Below, one piece after another: positions 48,176-57,982 of a DNA stretch of 64,000 bases. Made by a program: the position numbers and the translations under genes. Within the stretch, counting starts at the first letter, position 1. Each line of letters starts with the position of its first letter. Source of the stretch: Thermoanaerobaculia bacterium (lineage in GTDB: Bacteria; Acidobacteriota; Thermoanaerobaculia; Multivoradales; JAHEKO01); contig CAMYLC010000067.1 in the NCBI GenBank assembly GCA_947259195.1, positions 18,070 to 82,069 of the forward strand, in the 5' to 3' direction. The notes under the pieces were generated by a model that was given only the letters and a program-made list of their open reading frames with translations, was not told where the DNA came from and ran no database searches.

Positions 48176-49566
48176 TGTTTCGGCGCTTCACCAACCTGGC
48201 GGCAGTTCACTTCATCGGCATTGGTGGGGCCGGTATGAGTGGCATCGCCGAGGTATTGCTGGACTACAACCTGGAAGTGAGCGGCTGTGATCAGTCCATG
48301 AGCGAGACGACAGAGCGACTTGCGAAACTCGGTGTGACTGTCTATCAGGGACATTCTGCCGCGCATGTCGAGACGGCCGATCTGGTCGTGATCTCCTCGG
48401 CGGTATCGAGAGACAACCCGGAAGTGGTAGCCGCCCACCAGAACAATATTACCGTGGTGCGCAGAGCCGAGATGCTGGGCGAGCTCATGCGCTTGAAGTA
48501 TGGCGTCGCCGTGGCGGGAACCCATGGCAAGACGACGACGACCTCGTTGATCGGGACTGTGCTGACGGAAGCGGGACTGGATCCGACGGTCATCGTGGGC
48601 GGTCGCCTGAGGGTCTCGGGCACCGGCGCTCGGCTGGGTAAGAGCGAATACCTGGTCGCCGAGGCCGATGAGTACGACCGCAGCTTTCTCAGGCTGCAGC
48701 CCATCCTGGCGGTGGTCACTTCGATCGACGAGGACCACTTGGACACCTACGCGAATCTGGACGAGATCCGTAAAGCCTTCGTGACTTTTGCTGGCAAAGT
48801 GCCGTTCTTCGGCCAGGCCATTCTCTGCCTGGACGACACCAATATCCAGGAGCTCCTGCCTCAGTTGAAGCAAGAGCACCGGGTCGTGACCTATGGACTG
48901 TCGCCGCAAGCCGATCTGAGAGCGACGGAGTTCGAGAGCACGCCCGCTGGATCTCGGTTCCAGGTCGTCGATTCACGTCAGGGCGAAATGGGGACGATCG
49001 AGCTGCCGATGCCGGGCCTGCATAATGTGCGCAACTCCCTGGCCGCGATAGCCGTGGGACAGGCGATGGGCGTTCCCTTCGTCAGCATCGCTCGGGCACT
49101 GGCGGGTTTCTCGGGTGTACATCGAAGGTTCGAGACCCGCGGTGTGTGGCGGGGCGCCAAAGTCATCGACGACTACGCCCATCATCCGACCGAGGTGACG
49201 GCAACTCTCGAAGCCGCTCGACAGGCCTTCCCGGGAGCCGTGATTCACGCCATCTTTCAACCGCATCTTTTCTCGCGGACTCGCCATCTGGCTCTCGAGT
49301 TCGGGCGTTCGCTGTTGGGGGCCGACAAGGCCGTGGTGACGGACATCTACCCGTCGCGGGAGCAGCCTGAGCCGGGAGTGACCTCCGATCTCGTGGTCGA
49401 GGCTGCCAGGCAAAGCGGTCACCGCGATGTCCGTTCCTGTGCCGACTGGCGGGAGGTCCCTCCAATGCTGGCGGCAGATGTCCAAGAAGGGGATGTGATC
49501 TTGACCCTCGGAGCCGGCGATATCTACCGCTTGGCGGAGCTGCTCGTTGCGGAGGGTGCGAGATGA
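48175..49566 (+). CDS. murC: UDP-N-acetylmuramate--L-alanine ligase
   Basis: The ATG at 48175 overlaps the murG stop. VHFIGIGGAGMSGIAEVL, VAVAGTHGKTTTTSLI, DDYAHHPTEV. Confidence 0.9.
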   Translation: MFRRFTNLAAVHFIGIGGAGMSGIAEVLLDYNLEVSGCDQSMSETTERLAKLGVTVYQGHSAAHVETADLVVISSAVSRDNPEVVAAHQNNITVVRRAEMLGELMRLKYGVAVAGTHGKTTTTSLIGTVLTEAGLDPTVIVGGRLRVSGTGARLGKSEYLVAEADEYDRSFLRLQPILAVVTSIDEDHLDTYANLDEIRKAFVTFAGKVPFFGQAILCLDDTNIQELLPQLKQEHRVVTYGLSPQADLRATEFESTPAGSRFQVVDSRQGEMGTIELPMPGLHNVRNSLAAIAVGQAMGVPFVSIARALAGFSGVHRRFETRGVWRGAKVIDDYAHHPTEVTATLEAARQAFPGAVIHAIFQPHLFSRTRHLALEFGRSLLGADKAVVTDIYPSREQPEPGVTSDLVVEAARQSGHRDVRSCADWREVPPMLAADVQEGDVILTLGAGDIYRLAELLVAEGAR

Positions 49567-50369
49567 AACCGCTAGATCTCCAGGTGTCGAGCCCGAGCCC
49601 GTTTCGGCGACGGCGATTCGTCGCGCCGCATCGGCGTCGCAGCCAAGTGCTGATGTTGGCACGACCCTTTCTGACTGCGCTACTGCTCGTCGGTCTGCCG
49701 GTAGCTGGAGGAGCCTGGGTCCTCACATCGCCCCGCTTCCTGCTCGACAACATCGTGATCAGTGGCACGAGTCGAGTTCGACCTTCCGAGGTCGCCGAGG
49801 CCCTGCGATCGCTGCGGGGAAAGCACCTTCTATTGGTCTCGCTTGCTGACGTGGAGAGTCGACTCTCCCAGAACCGATGGATCGAAGGGGCCAACCTGCG
49901 CAAGAAGATGCCCAACAGCCTCGTAGTAGAGGTCAAGGAGAGGCAACCGGTCATCCTGTTGAGGCGTGACGAAGGTCTTTTCTATGTCGATCGGAGTGGC
50001 ACCGTGATCGATCTCTATGATCCGGCGCGAGAGGCGGACCTGCTTTTGCTGAGTGTTGCCCCGGGTGTCGAATTGGAGGTTTGGCCAGCGCTCGCCATCG
50101 CAGCAGAGCTGGAACTGGTGGCGCCGGACTGGGCGTCGGGCCTGTCGGAGGTCGAGGTTTTGGGAGGAGATGATTTTCGACTCTTTACGGCGGCCCTGCC
50201 GTTTCCGGTACTGGTAAGTCTCGGCGGAGTCGGAAGACAGGTCAGGAAGTTCAGGCTAGTGATGCCCGAAATCGCCCGTCGGTACGACCGGGTCTCCGCG
50301 GTCGACCTTCGTTTCTCACGTCAAATCGTTGTTCAACCCGCGGTGGACCCGCGTAGTCAGGAGGGGTGA
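49563..50369 (+). CDS. ftsQ: Cell division protein FtsQ (POTRA domain)
   Basis: 268-aa bitopic ORF with a basic N-terminus, one TM and a POTRA-like segment (IVISGTSRVRPSEVAEAL...NLRKKMPNSLVVEVKERQP). Positioned between murC and ftsA. Confidence 0.75.
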   Translation: MKPLDLQVSSPSPFRRRRFVAPHRRRSQVLMLARPFLTALLLVGLPVAGGAWVLTSPRFLLDNIVISGTSRVRPSEVAEALRSLRGKHLLLVSLADVESRLSQNRWIEGANLRKKMPNSLVVEVKERQPVILLRRDEGLFYVDRSGTVIDLYDPAREADLLLLSVAPGVELEVWPALAIAAELELVAPDWASGLSEVEVLGGDDFRLFTAALPFPVLVSLGGVGRQVRKFRLVMPEIARRYDRVSAVDLRFSRQIVVQPAVDPRSQEG

Positions 50370-51616
50370 GGCTTATGCCCAAGGCGGACTCATACATCGT
50401 TGCCATCGACATCGGATCTTCGAAGGTCGGAGTGTTGATCGGGCAACGGGACGAGCGACAAGCTCTCGAAGTAGTTGGCAAAGGCGTCGCCCTCAACCGA
50501 GGGTCCCGTAAAGGGAACATCGTCAATGTCGAGGCGACGGTCGATGCTCTCAAGCAGGCCACCGAAGAGGCAGAGGTCATGGCCGGCATCGAGGTGTCGA
50601 GGGCCTTTGTCGGCGTGGCCGGAACCGATATCCGCAGTATCAACTCCCGCGGCATGGTCTCGGTGGCCAAGAAGGACCAGGACCGGGAGATCACGCGACA
50701 GGACATCAGTCGCGTCCTCGAGGCAGCGCAGTCTGCGGCGCTGCCCTCGGATCGCGAGATCCTCCACGCCATCCCGCAGGACTTCATCGTCGACGAGCAG
50801 GGTGGAATCTCCGATCCCATGGGGATGCTGGGAAGTCGCCTCGAGGTCGCAGTGCATCTGGTGACCGGCAACATCACTCGCCGCAAGACGCTGCTGACCT
50901 GCATCAATCGGGCTGGCATCGAAGTCATCGAGCTGGTATTCGAGCCCCTCGCCACGGCCGAGGCGGTCCTCACCCACGATGAGCGGGAGCTCGGGGCCCT
51001 GCTGCTCGATATCGGCAGCGGGACTACCGAGTACGCGGTCTTTGGTGATGGAGAGGTGCAGCACAGTGCGGTCCTGCCGGTAGGTGCCGGGCACTTCACC
51101 AACGACCTCGCCATGGTTCTGCGCACCCCTTTTGCGGAGGCCGAACAGATCAAAGTCAAGCACGGTTGCTGTCTCGGCGGCATGGTCGGCGAAGAAGAAG
51201 GCATATCGGTGCCGACGGTAGCGGGCGGGCCGCCGAGGGTCGTTCCCAAGCGGGAGCTCTGCGGCATCCTGCAGCCGCGGGCCGAGGAGATGTTGACTCT
51301 GGTGAGAGAGGACCTCTCCAAGTACGGCTTGGACGAGACTCTGCGCGGTGGTCTGGTGCTGACAGGAGGCGGCGCGCAGCTCGACGGCTACCTCGAATTG
51401 GCCGAGCAGGTATTCAACTGCACGGTCCGCTACGGCCTGCCTCAGCACCTGGCCGGCCTGGTGGACGTGATCAGCTCCCCGACCTGGACAGCGGCCTCGG
51501 GCCTGCTGCTCTACGGTCGAGGCGCGGAAGACCGACAACGTAGGACTATAAACACAGGTTTCAGCGTGCGTGGAGTGGTGACCAGTCTCCGCGGCATGTT
51601 CTCGGATTTACTGTAG
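50366..51616 (+). CDS. ftsA: Cell division protein FtsA
   Basis: 416-aa ORF; the start is either GTG 50366 or ATG 50375. Actin-fold motifs [44 protein letters not shown]-terminal amphipathic tail is present. Confidence 0.9.
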   Translation: MRLMPKADSYIVAIDIGSSKVGVLIGQRDERQALEVVGKGVALNRGSRKGNIVNVEATVDALKQATEEAEVMAGIEVSRAFVGVAGTDIRSINSRGMVSVAKKDQDREITRQDISRVLEAAQSAALPSDREILHAIPQDFIVDEQGGISDPMGMLGSRLEVAVHLVTGNITRRKTLLTCINRAGIEVIELVFEPLATAEAVLTHDERELGALLLDIGSGTTEYAVFGDGEVQHSAVLPVGAGHFTNDLAMVLRTPFAEAEQIKVKHGCCLGGMVGEEEGISVPTVAGGPPRVVPKRELCGILQPRAEEMLTLVREDLSKYGLDETLRGGLVLTGGGAQLDGYLELAEQVFNCTVRYGLPQHLAGLVDVISSPTWTAASGLLLYGRGAEDRQRRTINTGFSVRGVVTSLRGMFSDLL

Positions 51617-51648
51617 GAAGTAGAACCACCCGGAAGGAGAACAAGACA

Positions 51649-52896
51649 ATGATTCTATTTGACGATCACGAGATGGTAGGCAGTCTCCCCATCACCTTGG
51701 AAGAGGCGGAAGGCACGGCGGCCAAGATTACCGTCGTCGGCGTCGGTGGCGGTGGGGGAAACGCGGTGAACCGGATGATCGACTGCCAGATGCGAGGCAT
51801 CGAGTTTATCGCCGGCAATACCGACATGCAGGCGCTGCGGAAGTGTAGCGCGCCTGTGAAGCTCCAATTGGGCCCAACCCTGACCAGGGGTTTGGGCGCC
51901 GGCGGCGATCCGGAGGTAGGTCGCAAGGCGGCCCTCGAGGACACTGAGCGAATTCTGGAGCTTCTGGACGGTTCCGACATGGTGTTTCTCACGGCTGGAA
52001 TGGGTGGCGGGACCGGTACCGGAGCCATCCCGATCGTCGCGTCTCTGGCCGCTGAGCTGGGAGCTCTGACGGTAGCTGTCGTGACCAAACCCTTCACCTT
52101 CGAAGGCCGTCGACGCATGGAGATGGCGGAACGTGGAATCGAAGAGCTGCGGGGTGCGGTCGACACCCTGATCACCATTCCCAACGAGAGATTGCTCAAC
52201 TTCGTGGAGCGTGGAACGCCGCTCAACGAGGCCTTCCGCATTGCCGACGATGTCCTTCGCCAGGCGGTGCAAGGTATCTCCGATCTGATTACCGTGCCTG
52301 GCGAGGTCAACGTGGACTTCGCCGACGTGAAGACCATCATGACCGGTATGGGCATGGCACTGATGGGCACCGGCGTGGCCAAGGGCGAGAGCCGGGCCAT
52401 CGAGGCCGCCCAGCGCGCCATCTCGTCGCCCCTGCTGGAGGAGACCTCAGTCGAGGGCGCGAAGGGGGTGCTCATCAATATCTCCGGTGGCTCCGATCTG
52501 ACTCTTCACGAGGTGGATGAGGCGGCCAAGGTCATCGCTGAGGCAGTGGATTCGGCGGCCAATATCATCTCCGGTCTCGTCATCGACGAGTCGATGGAGG
52601 AAGAGATGAAGGTCACCGTGATCGCCACTGGCTTCCAGGTAGCAAATGCACCCATCTATAGCCAACCGTTCCTGCCCGCGGCCGAGAGTGACGAACCGGT
52701 CTATCCGCCAGAGCCGGTCGGGCCCGAGATGCAGGCAGAGCCAGAGCCGGTAGCCGAGGAGAAGGAGGAGGACATTCCGTTCTATCGCAAGGTAATCGCG
52801 CAGACCCAGCAGGACGACCCCAATGGTTACGGGCCGAACTGGTCGAACGTCGACGACTTCGACATTCCGACGGTGCTGCGGAAACAGATGGACTAG
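51649..52896 (+). CDS. ftsZ: Cell division GTPase FtsZ
   Basis: 415-aa ORF. Tubulin signature [17 protein letters not shown], and the conserved C-terminal peptide [12 protein letters not shown]. Confidence 0.95.
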   Translation: MILFDDHEMVGSLPITLEEAEGTAAKITVVGVGGGGGNAVNRMIDCQMRGIEFIAGNTDMQALRKCSAPVKLQLGPTLTRGLGAGGDPEVGRKAALEDTERILELLDGSDMVFLTAGMGGGTGTGAIPIVASLAAELGALTVAVVTKPFTFEGRRRMEMAERGIEELRGAVDTLITIPNERLLNFVERGTPLNEAFRIADDVLRQAVQGISDLITVPGEVNVDFADVKTIMTGMGMALMGTGVAKGESRAIEAAQRAISSPLLEETSVEGAKGVLINISGGSDLTLHEVDEAAKVIAEAVDSAANIISGLVIDESMEEEMKVTVIATGFQVANAPIYSQPFLPAAESDEPVYPPEPVGPEMQAEPEPVAEEKEEDIPFYRKVIAQTQQDDPNGYGPNWSNVDDFDIPTVLRKQMD

Positions 52897-53008
52897 AGGG
52901 GAAGACAGGGAGCACTAGGCGTATCGAGAGCAGCAGGCAGCAAGGCTGAGAATTCGAGTTGTCACTCTCGACGACTCCAGACTTCCGGGTGGATCGTCTC
53001 CAGGTGAA

Positions 53009-53605
53009 ATGGGCTTCACCTCCGCACGTGAACGACGACTGTGGATCTTGGCTGGCAGCTGCCTGCTGCTCATTTATTCTTCACTCTACATCGCCAGGCC
53101 CGTCACCAACTGGCTGCGGGACGCCAACTTGTTGCGCTTGGCAGTCGCAGGGGCCTTCCTCCTGGCAGCAGCAGGGGTTGGCCTCGGGCTTCTTCGGAGT
53201 CGCCCCGGGTGGCGTGTCTGGGTGGCGCTGGCAGGCATTGTCGCGGGCTACGTGGTTCTACTCTCTCGATTCGACCTACCCGAAGAGCGGCTTCACTTTC
53301 TAGAGTACGGACTGGTCGGCGGCCTGTTGTTCACGGCTCTTCTGGAGCGGCAGAAGAACACCAGGGGAGAATCCGGAGAGCTGTCGAGTCGCCGCGCCTT
53401 CCTTTGGCCGGCGGTTGGAGCCTTCGTCATGACGGGCCTTGCGGGGTGGATCGATGAGTGGATCCAGGCGGTCTTGCCCAACCGGTTCTACGATCTCAGG
53501 GACGTCGCCATGAACGCGGCGGGCGGGGCCCTTGCCGTGCTCTCGATCTGGGGTCTCGACCGCCTTCGCCAGATAGGTGAAAGGCCTCGGACCCGAGGTT
53601 TGTAG
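53009..53605 (+). CDS. VanZ-like membrane protein
   Basis: 198-aa ORF with ~5 TM helices. HFLEYGLVGGLL and DEWIQAVLPNRFYDLRDVAMNAAGGALAV match the VanZ family pattern. Confidence 0.6.
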   Translation: MGFTSARERRLWILAGSCLLLIYSSLYIARPVTNWLRDANLLRLAVAGAFLLAAAGVGLGLLRSRPGWRVWVALAGIVAGYVVLLSRFDLPEERLHFLEYGLVGGLLFTALLERQKNTRGESGELSSRRAFLWPAVGAFVMTGLAGWIDEWIQAVLPNRFYDLRDVAMNAAGGALAVLSIWGLDRLRQIGERPRTRGL

Positions 53606-53709
53606 ACAGGGTCGGCCGATCAGGTAAAGGATCCCTGCAGTCCGGTCAGGTTCCGAATCTTCCTCTGGTAGACTTCGGGCGAATTTCCACCCTGTTTGGA
53701 GGGTTCTTC

Positions 53710-54237
53710 ATGGAACAAGGTTTCGACGAGGCAAAGGCCCAACGCAATTGGTTGGAGCGATTGGGAGAGAAGATTCCCGGTTTCCGAGGCTTCCAGGATC
53801 GGGAGCTTCGAAGAGATGTCGACAAGTTGCAGCGCGAGTATCTCTCAGGCCAGGTGACGAAGGCCAAATCCACCCTTCGCAAGATTGCCGAGCGCTATAC
53901 GGATGCCGGCAAGATTGGAGTCCTGCATCTGTTCGACCGGCTCGACAAGCGATTGGATGGTCTGGCCCGGGCCATTCAGTTCAGCGATTATGGTGCGTCG
54001 GGCTTCTTCGATGTGATCAAGGTCGATGAGGCGGCTCTCGAGGAGCTTTATCGGTTCGATCTCGCTCTATTGGAGGAACTGTCGGGACTGGCTGACGACG
54101 CCGCAGCCATCCCAGCGCCCGCCGCCGGCGACCCAACGGAGGCTCTGGAGGTAACTCTAGATCGCCTCCAGCGACTGGAAGACAGGTGGGCGTTGCGGGA
54201 GAGCGCCGTCAACAAAGTCGTGCAAACAACAGGCTGA
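53710..54237 (+). CDS. Hypothetical soluble all-helical protein (first gene of the 53.7-60.8 kb cluster)
   Basis: 175-aa ORF with GGAGGG upstream of the ATG. There is no TM or signal peptide, and it has charged heptad-like helices (RELRRDVDKLQREYL, LDRLQRLEDRWALRE). I recognise no family. Confidence 0.5.
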   Translation: MEQGFDEAKAQRNWLERLGEKIPGFRGFQDRELRRDVDKLQREYLSGQVTKAKSTLRKIAERYTDAGKIGVLHLFDRLDKRLDGLARAIQFSDYGASGFFDVIKVDEAALEELYRFDLALLEELSGLADDAAAIPAPAAGDPTEALEVTLDRLQRLEDRWALRESAVNKVVQTTG

Positions 54238-54265
54238 TAGAGCCCTTGAGTCCTTAGGAGGACCG

Positions 54266-55306
54266 GTGATGAAGGTCATTCAATATGTAGACAGTACAGG
54301 CCAGACGATGGTAGCCAGGGTTCCCCGGCAGGGCACCGAGGCAATCAAGCTGGGTAGCCAGTTGATTGTCGAAGAGAGCCAGGAAGCGGTTTTCTACCGC
54401 GATGGCAAGGCTCTCGACACTTTTCGACCCGGTCGCCACACGCTCGCCACACAGAACTTGCCTCTGCTGGCAGGCCTGCTGGGGGTACCCTTCGAGGGAA
54501 AGTCGCCCTTCCAGGCGGCGGTCGTCTTCGTCTCGACGAAGACCTTTCTGGATCTCAAGTGGGGCACCAAGGAGCCGGTCGTCTATCGGGACAATGAGCT
54601 GGCGATGGTGCGGCTACGGGCGTTCGGCAAATTCGCCGTTCGCATCACCAACTCGCAGGTCTTCGTCAACGGGGTCGTCGGCACCATGGGGGTGTACACG
54701 ACCGATGGCGTGGAGTCCTACTTCAAAGACGTCATCGTTGCTCGCCTGACCGATGTGCTGGGTGAGAATCTGCAGTCGATTTTCGATCTGCCGAAGGTCT
54801 ACGACGAGCTGGCGATGGCACTGAAGGCCCGCGTCGCTGACGACTTCTCGAAGTACGGCATCGAACTGGTGGATCTCTACCTCGGCGCCATTACACCGCC
54901 GACCGATGTCCAGAAGCTCATTGACGAACGTGCCGGAATGGCCGCCGTGGGCGACATGAACGCCTACCTGAAATTCAAGGCTGCTCAGGCCATGGGCGAT
55001 GCAGCTCAGCAGTCGGGTGGAGAAACGGGAAGTGGGGTCGGAGCCGGCCTCGGAGTTGGCATGGGGGCGGGGATGGGCATGATGCTGCCGCAGATGATGA
55101 AGGAGGCGATGACCGATTCCGGTGGCGGCCAGGCTGCACCAAGTGAGCCAGCGACGGAGGGCCAGTCTCAACCCACGGGAGACGCCGCGGCTCCCGCAGC
55201 AGCGGGGACCGCTGCAGCGGCAGCCGCCTTCTGCCATTCCTGCGGTGGCAAGCTACCTACAGGTTCCCGGTACTGCCCCAGCTGCGGTACCAAGGTCGCC
55301 GAGTGA
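54266..55306 (+). CDS. SPFH/Band-7 family protein of the YdjI ('virion core protein'-like, Band_7_1) type with C-terminal zinc ribbon
   Basis: 346-aa ORF with AGGAGGA upstream. LIVEESQEAVFYRDGKALDTFRPGRHTL, KWGTKEPVVYRDNELAMVRLRAFGKFAVRI and GIELVDLYLGAITPP match my recollection of B. subtilis YdjI-type SPFH proteins. It has a Gly/Ala-rich linker and a terminal CHSCGGKLPTGSRYCPSCG. Confidence 0.8.
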   Translation: MMKVIQYVDSTGQTMVARVPRQGTEAIKLGSQLIVEESQEAVFYRDGKALDTFRPGRHTLATQNLPLLAGLLGVPFEGKSPFQAAVVFVSTKTFLDLKWGTKEPVVYRDNELAMVRLRAFGKFAVRITNSQVFVNGVVGTMGVYTTDGVESYFKDVIVARLTDVLGENLQSIFDLPKVYDELAMALKARVADDFSKYGIELVDLYLGAITPPTDVQKLIDERAGMAAVGDMNAYLKFKAAQAMGDAAQQSGGETGSGVGAGLGVGMGAGMGMMLPQMMKEAMTDSGGGQAAPSEPATEGQSQPTGDAAAPAAAGTAAAAAAFCHSCGGKLPTGSRYCPSCGTKVAE

Positions 55307-55370
55307 CCGGCGGACTCTCGCGGCTTGAGATCTTGACCGACCAGGCTGGACCGATCCGAGACCGTGGTCT

Positions 55371-56135
55371 ATGGCGACGGAGTTGAAAGACAGGGGTTTC
55401 GTCTGCACACAGTGCGGTGGAGAAGGCGACCTGGAGTCGGGCCAGCGCTTCTTGACCTGCCGGTTTTGTGACGCGACACTGTTCGTCGATCGATCGGGCG
55501 TGGTCAGCCACTACCGTCTGCCCCGTCTGTTGGGAGCAGATGAAGCCGAGGCGGCCTTGCGGCGGTGGATGGCTGGCAACGACACGGTCAAGGACCTCGA
55601 CAGCAAGAGCGGAATCGAAGCTGTCGAGGCGATCTCGTTTCCAGTGTGGCTCTTTCGGGTTCAGGCTGCCGGTGGAGAAGAGGTCTTCATCGAGCCGGCC
55701 GCTCCCACGACAATCCCGCAGTTGGCCGACTTCAAGCTGCCGGCCGGCAAGCTCGAGCCCTATCAAGCTGAAGAAGAAGTTGTCGAAGCGACCCCGGAGA
55801 CGATCCCTTTGGAAACCGCTCGGGGTTGGCTGGAACAGCGCGAGCTGGGTCGAGCGACCGAGACGGCTTTGGTACAGCTACCGCTCTGGAGATGTCGCTA
55901 TAGCTTCGAGAACCAGTCCTACCTGGCTCTGGTTGATGCCTCCACCGGCGCGGTGATGGCGGCCGTCTTCCCGGAGAAGGCCGAGAGCCCCTACTTCCTG
56001 GTCGCAGCTCTCGGGATCCTCCTCTTCACGATCGAGGGGTTGGCGATCTCCAACCCGGCCGCGAAGTTCGTGACCTACCTGGTTACCGCGATACCCCTTC
56101 TTCTACTAGCCTACTGGGTGGCCCGCAAGATATGA
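55371..56135 (+). CDS. Zn-ribbon membrane protein, paralogue 1 (CxxC-x14-CxxC, two C-terminal TMs)
   Basis: 254-aa ORF. CTQCGGEGDLESGQRFLTCRFC, then FPVWLFRV and LPLWRCRYSFENQSYLALVDASTG. The C-terminus has two hydrophobic helices. Confidence 0.6.
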   Translation: MATELKDRGFVCTQCGGEGDLESGQRFLTCRFCDATLFVDRSGVVSHYRLPRLLGADEAEAALRRWMAGNDTVKDLDSKSGIEAVEAISFPVWLFRVQAAGGEEVFIEPAAPTTIPQLADFKLPAGKLEPYQAEEEVVEATPETIPLETARGWLEQRELGRATETALVQLPLWRCRYSFENQSYLALVDASTGAVMAAVFPEKAESPYFLVAALGILLFTIEGLAISNPAAKFVTYLVTAIPLLLLAYWVARKI

Positions 56136-57256
56136 CCGAAGCCGTAGATTCTCCGGACACCGCACAGGTGCCCGATCGGGAGACCGAGGCCACGTTCGCG
56201 GGACGGGTCGAGGGCCTGAGCTGTCCGAGCTGCGGCGGAGCCCTCGACGTGGTGACAGGTCTGCGGGTAGTCACCTGTCCCTATTGTGAGAAGTCGCTCC
56301 TCGCCACTCCGGAGGTGGGCGTACGACGCTGGGTAGTCAAGCCGAGGCTCGGTGTCGACAAAGCTCGTGAGCTCGCCAAGCGTTGGCTATCGCAAGGCTG
56401 GAGCAAGGACGCGCGATTGCGACGCGAGGCCGAGACGGGCGAAGCCATCCTCTGCTTCCTGCCGTTCTATCGAGTGGAGGCCGACTGCATCGGTTTCGCT
56501 CTCGGTACCGAAGAGCGCCGTCGGACGGAAGGCTCGGGAAGCCATCGACGGCAAGTGGTCGAGGAGGTCGATGTGGAGCGGTCATTGGCCAGGAGCTTCG
56601 ACCGTACCTATCCGGCCCTCAACGTGGCGGAGTGGGGAATCCAGAGAATCGACCTGATGGGAGACGAGATCGTACCCTACGACGGGGTAGTTCTCGAGGG
56701 ACACGGCATGGTCTTCCCACCGACGGGCTCCGAAGTAGCGGTCAAGAAAGCCGCCATCGAGCAATTCAAGCTGCAGTCGGATCCGGCCAGAGGTCTCAAG
56801 CGGGTGCGCTTCCGTCATCTCGAGACTCTGCGAGAGCGTCTCAGTGTCGTCTACTACCCGCTCTGGGTCGTGCGCTATCGCTTCAGGAACCGTTCTTATC
56901 AACTCCTCATGGACGCCGAGGATGGATCGCTGGCTTATGGCAAGTCTCCCGGCAACGACTTGTTCCGAGCCGTCATGCTCGTCGGGTCGCAGGCTGTGGC
57001 CTTGTTCTTGGGGACAACGGCTTTGCAGCTGCTGGGCGGTAGCCCCGCGGGTCTTCTCATCATCGGTGGCGCCGTGGTCCTGGCCTTGACCTGGGGCTGG
57101 CGGCGCTTTCGCCACGGTGGAGTGGTGATCGAGGGTACAGGAGTCGATCCGGAGTTGGATCTGGGGGAGGCCTGGAGCACCCTGACGGATCGTGACGCCC
57201 AGGAGCAGATCCTACGTGACCTCATGCAGGGGCGCCTGCCGGAGATCGGTCGATGA
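56132..57256 (+). CDS. Zn-ribbon membrane protein, paralogue 2 (CxxC-x14-CxxC, two TMs, cytosolic tail)
   Basis: 374-aa ORF with an ATGA overlap to the upstream gene. CPSCGGALDVVTGLRVVTCPYC, FLPFYRVEA and YPLWVVRYRFRNRSYQLLMDAEDG are clearly alignable to paralogue 1. It has two TMs near aa 280-330. Confidence 0.6.
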   Translation: MTEAVDSPDTAQVPDRETEATFAGRVEGLSCPSCGGALDVVTGLRVVTCPYCEKSLLATPEVGVRRWVVKPRLGVDKARELAKRWLSQGWSKDARLRREAETGEAILCFLPFYRVEADCIGFALGTEERRRTEGSGSHRRQVVEEVDVERSLARSFDRTYPALNVAEWGIQRIDLMGDEIVPYDGVVLEGHGMVFPPTGSEVAVKKAAIEQFKLQSDPARGLKRVRFRHLETLRERLSVVYYPLWVVRYRFRNRSYQLLMDAEDGSLAYGKSPGNDLFRAVMLVGSQAVALFLGTTALQLLGGSPAGLLIIGGAVVLALTWGWRRFRHGGVVIEGTGVDPELDLGEAWSTLTDRDAQEQILRDLMQGRLPEIGR

Positions 57257-57879
57257 CCGTCGGCATCGAGTTCGCTCTCATTCCGCTGGACTGCCCGACC
57301 TGTGGAGCGGGAATCGACGCTCAGGGAGAAGATGTCGTTTACTACTGCACGGCCTGCCGCAACGGCTATCTCCTAGATGAGTCGGACTGGTCTCTGCGAC
57401 TCATCGACGCCTCCTTCGTCGCAGCAGCCCACCTCCAGGCAGAGGAATACAAGCCGTTCTGGCTCCTGCCGGCCAAGGTCGACATCGTTGACCGTCAGGC
57501 GAGCGGTGGAGGTTTCTCCGGTATCCTGCGCACGTTTTTCGGCAAGGACCGGACCCTCGACGAAGCCGGCAAGGGGGTCTTCGCAGTGCCGGCATTTCAC
57601 GCATCGCTCGAGTCGGTGACCCGCCTGGTACGCAGCTATACCGAAGCGCTTCCCGAGCTGAAGGAGAAGCTGGGCGAGCGTCTGCTGGGAGGGTGCTATG
57701 GGCGGCAGGATGCCGAGAAACTGGCTCACTATGCCCTGATTGCCACGGAGGTGGAAAAGCCCGACAAGCTGCTGGAGCTGAAATACGAAATCGAATTTGG
57801 TGAGCCCCGCCTTCTCGGAGTTCCTTTTTACAAGAAGGGTGATACCACTTTGGACGCCATCTTCGACATCGAGGTTTGA
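57253..57879 (+). CDS. Zn-ribbon protein, paralogue 3 (CxxC-x14-CxxC, soluble)
   Basis: 208-aa ORF with a 4-nt overlap to the upstream gene. CPTCGAGIDAQGEDVVYYCTAC, then KPFWLLPAKV. No TM segment. Confidence 0.55.
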   Translation: MTVGIEFALIPLDCPTCGAGIDAQGEDVVYYCTACRNGYLLDESDWSLRLIDASFVAAAHLQAEEYKPFWLLPAKVDIVDRQASGGGFSGILRTFFGKDRTLDEAGKGVFAVPAFHASLESVTRLVRSYTEALPELKEKLGERLLGGCYGRQDAEKLAHYALIATEVEKPDKLLELKYEIEFGEPRLLGVPFYKKGDTTLDAIFDIEV

Positions 57880-57982
57880 TCTTCGAGCCCTTGGCTACAG
57901 AGGGGCTCCGAACCTCCAGGTCTCTTGTTCAACGTGAGCGACGCTCGAGGATACGGTACTCTGAGAAGGTCGGGCTAGCTTA

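Noticed and set aside
36929-52896. The dcw cluster lacks murB and ddl between murC and ftsQ.
   Set aside because: The gene order is otherwise canonical, and placement of murB/ddl elsewhere in the genome is common outside Proteobacteria and Firmicutes. It is not evidence of anything unusual without the rest of the genome.
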